DNA from: Camelus ferus
Taxonomy: Eukaryota
Direction of reading: 5' to 3'
Assembly (NCBI RefSeq): GCF_009834535.1
Contig: NC_045698.1
Coordinates: 9,426,001 to 9,490,000, forward strand
Length of the DNA stretch: 64,000 nucleotides
The notes under the pieces are model-generated. The model was not told the DNA's origin. It made no database searches and saw nothing but the letters and a program-made list of their open reading frames with translations. Made by a program: the position numbers and the translations under genes. Positions 38,549-51,325 of this stretch are shown one piece after another (the first letter of the stretch is position 1; each line of letters begins with the position of its first letter).

Positions 38549-39149
38549 GCTTTTATGCTTTGTTTTGTTTCATTTTTTACTTACATTGCTTTCTGTCTTA
38601 AAAGTTTCTAAAATTTTGCCTATCCTCACCTTCTCAGCAATCTGGTATTTCAGTTTGCTCTGTAGCTTAGAATATTTTAGGAATTTTCATTTTAAAATCC
38701 TCAACTGACCACCTATAACGTATTATGGAAACATTAGTTCTAGAGTAATCTAAATTCCACGTGTATAATGATGTGAAGACGAACTGGATTTCTGGTAATC
38801 TCACCCTATCCCACATGCTTAGAGTTCCTATCATTTTCCCGTTCAAGTCAGAAAACAAGGGGTAGGTAGAGAAATGGGCTATGCTTTCATGGGGGATACA
38901 GATAATTTAATACAGCAAAGAGTTTTCACTGACAACTCTTTATTTTAAACCACTTCCCATCTTTACAAGAAATGCATGAGCTAAAAAGGGATGGGCTCCC
39001 CTTGTGAGTTTTGATGTCTGATTATTATTTTGAAGGACCACTCTTTTGAAAAGTGGCTCCTGACAGAAACTTCAATTCTTACAAGGAATGATGTGTTGGA
39101 TCACTTTTTAAAAAATGTTTGAATATAATTTTCTTTTTTTTTAAGTTTC

Positions 39150-39430
39150 ACCTTTCAAGCTGGGATGCTGCAGTCACTGCTGTTGCCACCTTTGCCGCTA
39201 GAGGCACCGCCGGTGACACTGCAGGCGGCCATGTGGAGGCGCTGCTTGTGACAATGCTGGTGGCACTGCTGGAACCCAGATAAAATGTCCTCCAGCTCTG
39301 CCTTCCCTGAGCTTCCCTTTCCCATTGGCAGACACTCTCAGGAAGCCAACTGGAAAGGCAGTCACTATAATGGAGTTTTTCTCCCAGAACTGAGAAGAAG
39401 CAAGGCATAGCAAGCATCGTGCTACTGCAT
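39150..39430 (-). mobile_element. LTR33/LTR41-like ERVL LTR fragment
   Basis: 'cccattggcagacactctcaggaagccaactggaaaggcagtc'. Confidence 0.5.
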
Positions 39431-42169
39431 TTGAGAAATAACATAAAGCGTTTGGATTGTGAAAGTAGATTTATATGTATACATGTAATTTGATTTACTG
39501 AGACACAAGACAAACTGAATTGTGAACCTACGTATAGAAATCACAAATAAGAGCACACATCAGTTTAATAACTGCTGATTTAACATTTTTCTTTTTTCTT
39601 GTTTTCTGATACAAACAGTAAACAAAGAGTAAGCCGTCTCTGTCCAATCATAATAAAAACTGCCTCCATCTCGTATACCTTCTTGCTCACTCTTTAACAA
39701 AGATCATATTCTGGATCCTAAATTGAATACAGAGTGCCTAATGCACCTCCCCTGCCATTGGGCATCAAATAACTAGGTAGCGATAGAGACTTTTCTCTGG
39801 GGAATGTTCAGTGGTAATGAGGAGAAAGGGGAATGGAATTTACACTGAGGACTCAGCCAGGTGTGTCCTCTAGTAAAAGGAGGCTTTACCTATGAAGGCA
39901 TTTTAAAATACCCTTCCTTTTCCCACAGTCAGCAGAGAACACCAGTTCAGTGGAAGGAACACAGATTCCCAAAAAGAATGAAAATATAGCTCACCAATAT
40001 TACTGAAACAGTGACGATGGCAGGAAATTGTTCTGGTGTTAACTAGAAATTAAAACAATCTGTGATTAGTAAAGAGTCCTGTAGCAAGAGCCCGGTATCA
40101 CATGTCTCAAGAAGTCTTGAGACAAAACAGTGCAAGACACCCAAGAGTATTCTAAGGACTAGAAAACCAACTTTATTTCAGACAAGGGCTCTTTGCCTAG
40201 CCAAGATGATTCAGCCTCAGCTCAAGCTATTTAAAGAGAGGAACAGGAGAGCAATTTTTTTTTAAAAGCCTGAACGTTATATATAGGATGTTTCTCAATA
40301 TTTTTATCTACCTTCTTTGTGATAAATTAAACATCTCAGCCGTCTTCTAACAATGCCTGGATGTTCTGATAACTTTAATGAAGACTCCAGTTATAAATTA
40401 TTACTTCGTTTCTCTCAATCAGGCGAGAATTTCTGTCAAGACTTACTTTCTGTTATTTGTTTTAGGAAAACAATTTAAGTTTCCCAAATGCAAAATTGTA
40501 ATATTAAATCTTTTTATCAGAAATTTCAGGTATCCCTCTTCACCACTGACCTACTCCTCAAAAAATATTGAAATTCCTAGGTGCAATTTCTTACTCAAGC
40601 TTTTATCTTCAGTATATAGTACAATACCTGGTCCTCAAAAAATGTTTGATCAGAGGAAGAAAGCATGAAGAAAAAAAAGAACAGGGCAGAATACATGTGT
40701 TTAAGTCCCAGATTTGCTATTAATTTTCTGCATGAAATTGGCCTGTTTACCTTTTGGAAAATATGTGGGTTGTACCAGAAATCTGTAAGATCTCTTTTAC
40801 CACTAATGTTCTATGGGCTTGTGATCATTATTCATGATTTTGATTCTGTATAAAGCATACCTCTTTAGAGATGGGAAAATGTACACCTTGATAATTGTGT
40901 GGAGTTCAGAAGAAAATCTATAAAAGAAAAAAAAAATCTAGTTAAGTACAGCAGATAGGCAGACATACTACTTACCTTCTGACTCTCAAAACTCTTCTAA
41001 AATGATAGTTTAAAAATTACAATACATGAAGTGAACGTGTATTGTAAAAACATCAGTGAACAAAACATTGCAGCCAATATTTGAAAAGCAGCAGGCTGAT
41101 AAAATGGTGAAATTTTCAGAGATAAGAAACTTACTTAAAGTACAGTCAGAGGCCAGCACTGAGGCAGAGCGAGGTGATTTGCCTTTTGGCAGAATTCAGT
41201 TTCAAGGAAAGTGTAGGTGAGCTACAAGTCCAAAAATAGGGAAGTTGACAGAAACTCCCCAGTTCCTTCTGGAAATTGCTGCCTCAAAAGTTGTGAAAAT
41301 AATAGAGAGATTTTAATAATTCAAAAATGCAACCTATTTACTTTCCACGCATGCCATATCACAAATCAGTCAGCTGACTGTGAACCAAACCAAGAAAGCA
41401 AACCAAGCAAACCAAGAAGCAAACCAAGAAAATGGAAGACTGATAGTCTAGCAAACGGAGGATTTAACAAAGCTAAGTGGCAAAGAAGAGGTCCAGGATA
41501 ACAACTTGACAGCGTTCCTCCTAAAGAGAAACCAGTCTACGTGTGACTAGGTGGAGTGGAGTGTTCCAAGGACAAGATCCCCAAGGGGACCATGGCTTTA
41601 AAAGATTACCTCCTACATTTGATTACGGGGAGGAAAAAGCATAAACTGGACACATGAGAGATTTTATACACGATAAATAAGAATAGGCACATAGAAAATT
41701 ATGTAAGTTAGAAAAAGAAGTCTTACATCAAAAAAGAAAATACTGAACAAAAAATTTAAAAATTATAGCATACACTTCTCTCTGCATTGAACACTGACAT
41801 GAGCATAATACAAACAGTAATTATTTACTTAATTAAATAAAATTTCATAAAACATTTTGAAAGACCCTTAAGTCATCATAGACAGAACTTGCTTCTAGAG
41901 AAAATGGGGTAGATTTTGGAAAGGATCCTTTTAAGAAGTTTGCGTATTTTCCACAGGCATATGTGAAAGTCCCGAACAGGATTTCTCAAAAGCTGAGAAG
42001 CAGAAGGTTGGTGTCATTCACTGAAATAGAATATCATGGTCCTTCATGGACAACACACATCAAATCCCAACAATGAAAATGGAATCCAATTTTCTTTGAG
42101 GAAATATCCCACAATATCAACACAAGTACATATGGAAAGTTTTCCCTGATCCTTCCTTTAAGGGATGAA

Positions 42170-42553
42170 GGTTAATGCTAAGGTGCCTATGCGTTAAAAT
42201 CCTGTAAGGTGATTCTTCACTGATGGCTTTGTGGATTGAGGGAGCCACGTGACTAGGAATGTGGATGGTCTCCAGGAGCTGAGAGCCAGCAAGAAAACAG
42301 GAAACCAGAAGCCACAAGGACCGGATTTTGCCAAAAGCCTGAATCTTCAAAATGAATTCTTCCCCGGAGCTTCCAGATAATACTGCAGCCCAGCCAGTAC
42401 CTTGAGTGTGAGGGCCTGAGTAGAGAACCCAGCAGGGCAGATCCCGGACTTCTGACCTACGGGACTGTGAGATGGTAAACACTGATTGCATAGTCTCATT
42501 TTAGGCTACTAAGTATGTGGTTATTTGTTTCACAGCAGTAGAAAACTAACACA
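42170..42553 (+). mobile_element. MLT1E/F-like LTR
   Basis: 'gagccacgtgactaggaatgtgg...ggacttctgacctacgggactgtgagat...cagcagtagaaaactaacaca'. Confidence 0.8.
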
Positions 42554-43250
42554 AGGTAGAATCAAAACCAGTTCATCTTTATATTGCAGAAGAGCCCTGT
42601 ACATTCACTATTTTGCCCTAGAATTACATCCATTCTTCTGTTCTCTCTCATGTGCTATCACACAGTAACCTCAATTGCCTGTGTGTTCCTCAATCATATT
42701 GATCTATACTATTGACAGCATTATGCTAAGTAGTTCTGTGAAGCAGAGAGAAGAAAACAAAGAATATTAAGTCTCATATAATATCACCAGGAAAAAAAAG
42801 ATCGAGGAGCCTGCCATACCAGCCATGATCGTAGAGGTCCAGAATATCCCAGTGAAGATAAAGAATAAGTTATTTACTCTTCATTCTAGCCACTCAGAAA
42901 GTGATAGAAAACTCGGTAGGCCTTCTTAGATTTTGGAGGGATGATATATTGCATTTAAGAATATGGCTCCAGCCCTTTCACTGAGAGACACAGAAGGATG
43001 AGGCTTTCAAAGGGAACACAGAGCAAGAAAGTGCTTTGCAACAGGAACGAGTTGAGGAGGTTCAGATGCCCCACAACTTACGACTGTATAGATCTCATGT
43101 TGCTAGACGTATCAGTCATGGATAAAAGATGCTGTTTATAATCTTTGGAATCCCCAGCAAAATAGATGCAGCGCCGATTCCTATAGCTCTGGATCAAAGC
43201 TGGGCCTGCCTTCTGCCTCAGAGAGCTATTCTTTGTTTGAAAAACATAGC
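42554..43250 (+). mobile_element. ERVL pol remnant (RT palm to connection), plus strand, disrupted
   Basis: Translates to TFTILP*NYIHSSVLSH, TIDSIML (YIDDIML), KIKNKLF, VGLLRFWRDDILHL, EQESALQQ, DLMLLDVSV, PSASESYSLFEK, collinear with ERVL Pol. Confidence 0.85.
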
Positions 43251-44615
43251 GGAAAGCAACCCAGAAACTCTAAGTCAAAAGGAGAATATTATCTGCAAAG
43301 GAGAGTGTAGCTTCCCTTCACAGGCTCCATGGAACATCCCTAACTGGTGCAGATATTTCGAGCTCTGTTTGATCTCGATGTGGTCCAAATGGCAGGGCAA
43401 CTTGCACAACCGGTTGGGACCATTGTAGATCCTTCTCTTGCTCTGAAGCACACGTAAAATCGTCAGCTTTTTGTGTTGTTTGGTGAACGGATCAAAGCAG
43501 CCCACCCAAATGAGGCATATACCGCCTATAACTTCTGGGGCTCCACCTTTTTCTTATTTTTAGAACAGATCAGGTACAATAACATGTCCTTCAAACGGAA
43601 AGGGCTGTACAATGTGCTTGAACCACTGGGACTCTCAGAATTTAACTGCGGTAGCAGGAACCTGAACTTTCAAGGGTTTTACTTTCTGCTTTCTGGCACA
43701 CCTAGGTCTTCTAAGTGTTACGGTGTGCATGTGTAGGACAGCTATGTGTAGCAGCTGGAAGAACTTCTTCCTGATCACTAGGTCCATTTGCATTTTATTG
43801 TCAATATGGTGGACTGGCATGATATCTTATGGAATGGAAAGACGGTCAAGATCCTTGCAGACTAGACCGTGAGAGAGGGCTGGAGAGTAGGAATAGCCAT
43901 ATGGCAGGCCAGTGAACAGCCAGAAAATTGAAAACCCACTCTTGGTGGTGGTCTTTCCTAAAAGCCATGAAGAAAAGAGATTTCCAGATCAATAATTGCA
44001 TTCTAGGTACCAAAAACTATGTTGACTTGCTCTAATAAGGAAAACACATCTAGTGTACCATTTGCAATTGGAGTCACTGTGTGCTAAAATTGACATTAAT
44101 CCATTGTCATTCTCCAAAGTCTATATCTTCTTGCACAGACCAGATGGGTTATTAGAATGAGAATGTGGTAGAAATCATCATCTCTGCATCCTTCAGGTCC
44201 TTGAAAGTGACACTAACCTCTGCAGATCCTCTAGGAATGGAGTATTGGTTTCATTTCACTAGTTTTCTCGGTAGAGGCAGATCTAGTGGCTTCCATTAAA
44301 CTGGTTCTATCGCAGTAGCTCTCACTCCACTTATCAGAGAACTAATATGAGGATTCTGCTTTTTGCTGAGTGTTTACACTAAGTTACTCATTCAGGAACT
44401 GGGAAAGTAACCACTGGACATGTTCAGAAACCAAACAGGTCCACCAGAAGGTGAGTCTGAGAAGAAGACCATTATTTCCTTGGCCTTCTATGCTCCTAAC
44501 CTGACTGGCTGAGCGTTCCAGATTTTTGAAGAACTAAAATTAGTATAGAGTCAATTTCAAGTAATCCTTGAAAATTTGGGGATCCCTTTTCTCACTTCAC
44601 AGTCACTATATTAGT
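43251..44615 (-). mobile_element. ERVL protease-RT remnant, minus strand, disrupted
   Basis: FQGLLEIDSIL (FRGLLDTGSEL), PVVTFPVPE, WKPLDLPLP, FKDLKDA, HHIDN (HYIDD), KVQVPATAVKF, YMPHLGGLL, EQEKDLQ, ALPFGP. Confidence 0.9.
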
Positions 44616-44619
44616 GACT

Positions 44620-45200
44620 AAATTTTGAGGCCAGGAAGCAGCAATTTCCCAAATGGATCCTTGGGAGTAATGAGAAGTTAGCCACTCCTATCTCCATACG
44701 TAGGTGTTCAGACCCATGTTCTATCTTTAATGGACACACTTTGAGATAATAGATTTTGATATAGAATTTGTACTATACCTTAGAAAATGGAAACCCATTC
44801 ATGTAAGGTTATGTCCTCCAATCTTTGACCTCAGCAATGCTTTCAAAAAGGTAGTAGCTTTTGGGTAGTAAGACCATTAGATCCCACAGTCTTGTGCCCA
44901 TGGCTACACCCCCTTTTTGAAGTAGTGAGCCCCTTGGTTAGTGTAATATTCCCCAGGATCTGTGCCAGTGAACCAATCCCTTTGTAAGCCTTTTATAGTG
45001 TTGCAGGTGGCGGCCCTACAGGCAGAAAAGGCAAACTGGTGGCTGGAAATGTGTTAGTTCTGGTAAAGAGCAATGGCTGCTGCTTCCAGGATGGAAGAAA
45101 CACAGCAACACAATGCAATCAGTTTACCCCCTCGTGGCTGGTGGTGTCATGTCAGGTTTCAGCACTGGTCTCTGTTGCTGGCAGGTTACGCAGGTTAGGA
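44620..45200 (-). mobile_element. ERVL integrase remnant, minus strand
   Basis: TCQQQRPVL (zinc-finger end), LPSWKQQ, NQGAHY (DQGTHF), WAQDCGI*WSY, ITPKDPFGKLLLP (ITPSDPLAKFLLP). Confidence 0.85.
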
Positions 45201-45419
45201 AGCAGTAGCTGGGCCTGAGATTCTTAGGGAGATTAAGAAGTGTTTTGACAACAGAAAGCATAATATGAATTTAGTACATGATATTAATAATCTTACATCT
45301 AGACAGAGATGATTCAGAACCTAGTAGGTCAATGTACTGCAGATGGTGTCCACGGTTTCCAGGAACCCTGCTTCGCTATTTAGAAAAGCTTATTGGTAAA
45401 ACACGTGAGGCCTGAGTGC

Positions 45420-45815
45420 TGTGAGGCTCACACTGGCCCTTCCGGATTAATGTCCATCCCCTCCCACCTTATTTTCTGAAGCTTCCCTCTATCAACTGCC
45501 TCAGTGGACTTCTTTGCCCATATATTGGCTTTGGTTACTAGAGAATCCAGAAAGGAACCTGGAGAAGGGGAGTGAGTTTGGGGTTTTTATCCTCACAGCT
45601 TCCTACCTACAGGGTCTGCAAAAGTGTGTGTCCTTTCAGGTTTCAGGGAACAAACCTCTCACGCCTCCAGCCTAGAGGAGTAGCAGTCCCAGAATTTCTA
45701 GTATTAAAGCCTGTACGTTACCAAACCTATGTAGATGGTCTGTTCAGTAAACCTTCTTCAAAGTATTCTCATTTGTGTGTGCCATCTTTCTCCTGCAGGG
45801 ATTCTGACTGATACA
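45420..45815 (+). mobile_element. LTR33-like ERVL solo LTR
   Basis: End 'tgtgccatctttctcctgcagggattctgactgataca'. Confidence 0.75.
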
Positions 45816-46224
45816 GCATATGAAAAAAAAAAAAAAATGGGAGTAGGGAACTTAAAGGAAAGTGGAGAAATGGAAACCAAGCTGTTCTTTTCCAGTGACT
45901 AAGAAAATACATAAAAAGTTTCTAGTAAAAATGTTTTATTGATACTGAAGTGGGAACCTGGGCAAGGGATAAATCCCAGAAGATATAATTAAGTGATAAT
46001 ATGCAATCTCTGGTAAGAAAGACCTTAAGCTCTGAAGCTCTAGGAATATTAAATTGAAGTTTGATGTAACCTACTTTCACTGATGTTGTTAAACTAGCTA
46101 ATTGTGTATATTCGTACAGGAGGAGTGATGCAATTAATTTTTAAGTCTTAAGTCCTTCCTCTACTTGATCCCAAATAGGCAAATATTTTCGCTGCTGTCC
46201 TTACTGTAATCCCCATCTAACTTA

Positions 46225-46800
46225 TGGTTTATCTGTTACCTGTTACCACAATAAAAATAGACAACCAACAACACGAAATGTCACTAGCTTGAAAAATAAT
46301 TGTTTATTGCTTATGTATATGGCGTCAGCTGTGACGATATCTCATGGTTCTGCTGATCTTGGCTGGGTTTGCACACATGATGGCTGGCTGGCTGTTGAGT
46401 GATTCAGCTCTGCCCCACATGGTCTCCCATCCTTGGCAAGCCAACTGTGTCAACTTCTCATGGCAGTGGAAGCAGTGCATGAGGACTCTTGAGGCCCTGA
46501 CTTGGAAGTTTACAATCCTTCAATCATATGCTACTATAGAACAATTTATAGGGCCAGCTCAGATTCAAGAGATGGGGGAATGGTCTCCACCCCTTTAGTG
46601 AGAGGAAAAGAAAAGTCATGTGGCAAACGAACTTAATACGAAGAGGGAAATGTATCGGGTTCCTTAATTCACTCAGTCTACCTTGTATGTCTTTTCTCCC
46701 CCCAGCTCTGAACATGAGGACCAGACATGCATCTCTTTCCACTATCCAAGACTCACGTCTTCAAAATAATCTTTCCCATTTTGGACAACTAAGACTATAG
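46225..46800 (-). mobile_element. Old MLT1 (H/I/J-like) LTR with possible internal fragment
   Basis: 'tttattgcttatg...ggttctgctgatcttggctggg...gggccagctcagattcaagagatgggg'. Confidence 0.65.
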
Positions 46801-47739
46801 GTTCTTCTGATTGCCAGGATCAGAGATGGTGGCCAGGAGCATCAAGAAATGGGAGTGCACAGGAACAGGGGCCTAGGAAAAAGTGAGAGACCAGCGTCAG
46901 GAACAGCAGGACCCACATACCAGGCACTGATGGCAGGAAGACACCCGGACTTCGAGTTTTGAACTCAGATAGCTGATCACTCGATCAACTCTCCATCTGT
47001 TTGCTTCCTGCTCAGATCCATGATAACCCTGCTCCTCTTTTCAGTCAATAAAATACACTTCCCATGTGTCCACCATGTCCCCACCTCCCTGCACTACTCA
47101 GCAGACTTGATAGAGCAGAGACCAGCTTGGAGGAGCTCTCCTGAGCAGGGTGGAAAGACTGGGTCACTGTAAGACTGCCAGCAGTCAGGTCTGGTGGAAA
47201 TCCTGGAACCAGCCCCAGGTGTAAAACAGGTGTTTTCCCCCTTACTACTGCCATTAGCATAAAGATTGCTCTCCCTTTTTATGACTCAAAAACTGTGGAC
47301 GAAATGAGCCACACAAAGAGGAAACACAAATTTCTGATGCGTCTGTGCCCATAAGGAAATGTCCTCTCTCTACTAAATTGTCGCTTACTATCACAATAGC
47401 AGCTGTAATGACAACATTTACATTTCCTCCGTGATTTACAATTTTTATAATGTTGCCCCATATTCGTTTTATTTTTCATCACCGTTTCTAGCCATCACTC
47501 TTCTATCGCCTGTCTGTGAACCCTGGCAAGTGTCTGCCCTTCTCTGGGCCCGTTGCCAGCCATGAGCCACATCCCAGACCTGCAGGCTCCAGTGGGACTC
47601 AGCCCTGTGTCCTCTGTCCACCGTCTCAAAGGGATAGAGTCCCAGGGTAGATTTAGGGAGGATATTTTATTTTTGTATTCATATGAGCCTCATTGTCGTT
47701 TATTAAAGTGAGTAGGGTATTCATTAAAAATTAATATTT

Positions 47740-47825
47740 CAGCCCACCACCACCCAGGAGTTCAGAGGTGGAGGCCAGGAAATCTGAAATTTAGTCAGTA
47801 TCCCAGGTGATTCTGATGACTCTTT
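47740..47825. mobile_element. MER5-like hAT fragment
   Basis: 'ggtggaggccaggaaatctgaaattt...cccaggtgattctgatg'. Confidence 0.6.
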
Positions 47826-48204
47826 CTATCCTGCTCGACTCATTGCTAATATCTGTGTACAGCAAATAAAGGCGAGGTTTTTACAGGCACTACATACACT
47901 TGATGGCATAACTAACCACAAAGGACATTCACTACTTATATGGGTCTTAGCAAGTACGTCCAAACTTCTGAAACAGAAATTTTCTGTTCCCTATTTTTCA
48001 AAGTGCACTAATTTTTGTTTTACAAATAAAATAAAGTAATCTAACAAAATATAAATCATTATATCCATATTTAACTATAAATTTGAAGACAACTTTTTTT
48101 CAGCTTATTTATATTCAGAAACTTCAGAGGTGGAATCTACAAACTGTCGAAATGCTTACCTCATGAAGTTCTTCAGAAAGGAAAGGAACTGAACACCCAA
48201 TGGA

Positions 48205-48390
48205 CATCTACCTGGATTCATATCCTGCCTCTGCCACTTTGGGCAATTTCTCTGTTTCAATCTTCTTATCTATAAAGGAGGGTAATAATGTGACCAACCT
48301 CGTAGGGTGCTTATATAGATGAAGGGAATTCAGATAAGTAAAATCCATACAACTAATGCAAAGTAAATACAAGATATTATTATCACTGTA
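48205..48390 (+). mobile_element. MIR SINE
   Basis: 'cctggattcatatcctgcctctgccactttgggcaattt...tctataaaggagggtaataat...cctcgtagggtgctt'. Confidence 0.75.
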
Positions 48391-48741
48391 TAATTCCAAG
48401 CTCTATTCATTATTACTCAAAGGGATCTTTTAACGTTTCTTAAAATTAAATTCATCTATTATTTGGCTTAATTAAGGTTAACAAGAAATACATAGACTAC
48501 TAATATATGGTAAATTGGCTTAAGACCATTTGATTACTATTGTCCTTATTTTTCATCTGTCCTTTACCGGAGTGGAAGGTGAGATACTTCCATCAAGCTG
48601 CCATCACCAGACCTCGCCTCATGCTGTAGACTCTTCAAAGGTCATCATAATTCCTCAAAATTAAGGAATATGATTTAGAATTCTCCAATTAAATTCTGCT
48701 ACTGCCTATTATAAAGAGGAAAATCAAGGATTCTCTCTTAC

Positions 48742-48907
48742 CTTCTGTTGAAATATTTTTAAGATGAACTTCTTCATGGCTTGGTCTCCATCTCTTCACT
48801 ATGATACCTCCTGGGTAAGAGCTATTTTGCATTTTAACTAGAGGCCTCCTTAACCTTCTGTCTGGCATTTGAAGATCTCTGACTGTGGCTCTAATAAAGG
48901 GCAAGCA
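48742..48907 (-). other. Candidate 166-nt exon
   Basis: Acceptor cccttcacttcccctag| and donor AAG|gtaaga; one frame open throughout (CLPFIRATVRDLQMP...KNISTE), no recognisable homology. Confidence 0.3.
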
Positions 48908-51182
48908 CTAGGGGAAGTGAAGGGCAGTCTCTCCTTTGTCTGCATTTGTTGCAGCCTTTTAGGAGGAGAAGGGGGAAAGGGCTCCGATTAATTTTGTGCC
49001 TTCGAGTTGCAGCAAACCCATGACATATTGGAGAGCTTTTCTTTTATGATTTCAGCTTTGCTCCTGCACTTCCTTTACACACTCCTCCAATGGAAGGCTA
49101 ACCTTTATGTTTTTATAGACTTGATACAGCTCAGAGTCAAAGCAAAGTTGGCAATCAAAGGCTAGGACGGCATTTGAAAGGAAGATCATACCAGTGGGGT
49201 TCACAGTACGAGTTCACTGAAGCCCTTAAAGGTCTTTTTTGAAACCAGCCTTCTCTGCATATCATTTGTTACTGAAATGCTAATGGTGTTAGTGCTCAGA
49301 CTGCACTCCACTTCTCTGCAGACTTTGCATACAGTCCTTTGCATATTCACAGACCTCATATTCAGATTGTTGGACAAAGTCCTGGGCCTTTATTCTGATT
49401 TTGCAGCTACTCCATCTCTTTTAGGGCCCTTTTAGTGATTGATATGTATTATGCAGCCAGAAGATGATTACCCACAATGCCTCTTCCTGCTTAAACACAT
49501 TGGCAGTGAGATTAGATATTATAATGCATGAGCTTTCCTTTCTCCGTGGAGATGAGGCTGCTAATTTGTTACCTCTGGGGCTTTTAGACATATGGGGAAG
49601 CTTCGGTGTGTTAGATTTTTCTATTCACCTATCTTATCTCCTCTCTGATGTATTCCCTTGCCATTAGAGGCATGTGAGTATGAAGCCATAGCATTCAACA
49701 CGACTTTTATTTAGCTCCATGTGCTACAAGTTCTAAACACCTGTAAGTCTTTTTTGGAGGGGCCAGGGGGTGGGGGTGTAGGAACAGGATATAAGGTAAA
49801 AATTGGAAGTGATTATAGGAGGGCAAGATTTTCTTTCCCTTTCATTGTTTATAGGAAAAAGGCCTTTGATGATGACAGAGTGAAAAGGAGAGTCTCTTTG
49901 GTAGCTTAACAGCACATCAGCTTTGCACTCCTGGAGTGGATAGCACATTCATTGCCTCTGCGCCACAGTGGAAAAATATGAATGGCTGAAAGTCTGAAGG
50001 AGATAAAGAGCCCCTGGTCCCAGCCTCCCCAGAGGAGTCAGAGAGAGCACAGGCGTGCATGCTTACGCACAGGGAGAGCCTAAACAGGTTGCTGAAGGTA
50101 CGGCAGAGTGGGGGAACAATTTCTAGCAAATCCCACATGAGGAGATAGAACGCTCACCAAAAAAACAGAGCGGGTATCAGGATAGAAAATGACTGATTGA
50201 AACAAGTGCAGAGATAGTCTGTACCATGGTGTGAACTGTTGGTGTGTACATAAGATTAACTAATAGTGGCATTCTTATATTACAGTGATTGATTACATCC
50301 ACATGGCCAAAATATACTGTGGATCTAATAAAGGGGTGATATTTAGAAACTAATGAGCAGAGTATAATGGGACAGGCACTGGACTCTGTTAGGAGACTGA
50401 GGCCATTTTCTTGTTTTCCACTTATAAATCCTGTGGGTTTGAGAAACTCGTATATGAAATGGGGAGAATAATCTCTTTCTTGTGTTCTGGAAAAGAAAAA
50501 AACATTAATTTATTCCATTTTTAAAAGCTCTAACAGACCTCTACAAAACTTAAAATAATATGTTTAGCAAATGAACCCTAGCCTTCAACAGACTGTCTCT
50601 TGCCACAAACTGCCCTCCATCTAATTGCCATCAATAGTTTACCTTCACTAAATCTAGCTCAGTATTGTTTAAACTGGGAATCATGAAACTAGTGGAGGTC
50701 GAGCACTAGCGAGAAAATTTTTCTTGTCACCATTTTACTGATAATCTCCCTGGAAATAGTTCCCCTACTTCAGAGCGTAACATACCAGGACTGAGAATGA
50801 CCTGTCACTTAATTCCCTAGAGCATTCTTTTTACCTGACCTGAACTTAGGCAAGATAATTACTGCACAGTCTTCTGAAAAGCAAAAAAACCAGTCAGTCA
50901 GATCCCTGCTTCTAGCTGATCGAGGTTGGCTTCTCAGCTTTTGCTAGATGTGATCCAAGGTGCACTGGAGAATTTGAGACTGGAGTAAAGGAGATGTGCT
51001 TGGAGTAAAGGAGTTTGTTCTGTAAATCTGATATTTAAATAGAACCACATTTGAACCTTCACACCTGGGGCATGCAATCAGGCAGAACTTAAGGGGGAAT
51101 AAAATTTACAATTATTTAATTTTACCAACATGGAGGCTGGGTACACAGAGACAGCAATTTAAACATGAATTTAAAGAAACAA

Positions 51183-51325
51183 TTATGTGACAGGATGGAG
51201 GTGTTAGCTAACCCTACGGTGGTGATCATTTGCATGTATAATTGTATCAAATCAGCATGTTGTACACCTGAAATTCACACAATGTGGTATGTTAATTATA
51301 TCTCAATAAAGCTGGGAAAAAAGCA
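51183..51325 (+). mobile_element. L1 (L1MA/MB-like) 3' terminal fragment
   Basis: 'ggtggtgatcatttgca...tgttgtacacctgaaa...ttatatctcaataaagctgggaaaaaa'. Confidence 0.8.

Noticed and set aside
39194..39210. CTCF-like ccgctagaggcacc in the LTR fragment
   Set aside because: One base short in the GGGC core; weak match.
41388..41432. Short direct repeats (gcaaaccaag units; also tggagtaaaggag x2 near 50981-51013)
   Set aside because: Simple slippage duplications with no regular repeat-spacer structure; not CRISPR-like.
42554..45200. Domesticated or functional retroviral pol gene
   Set aside because: Many stops and frameshifts; catalytic motifs are destroyed (YIDD to HIDN/TIDS, DTG to EID).
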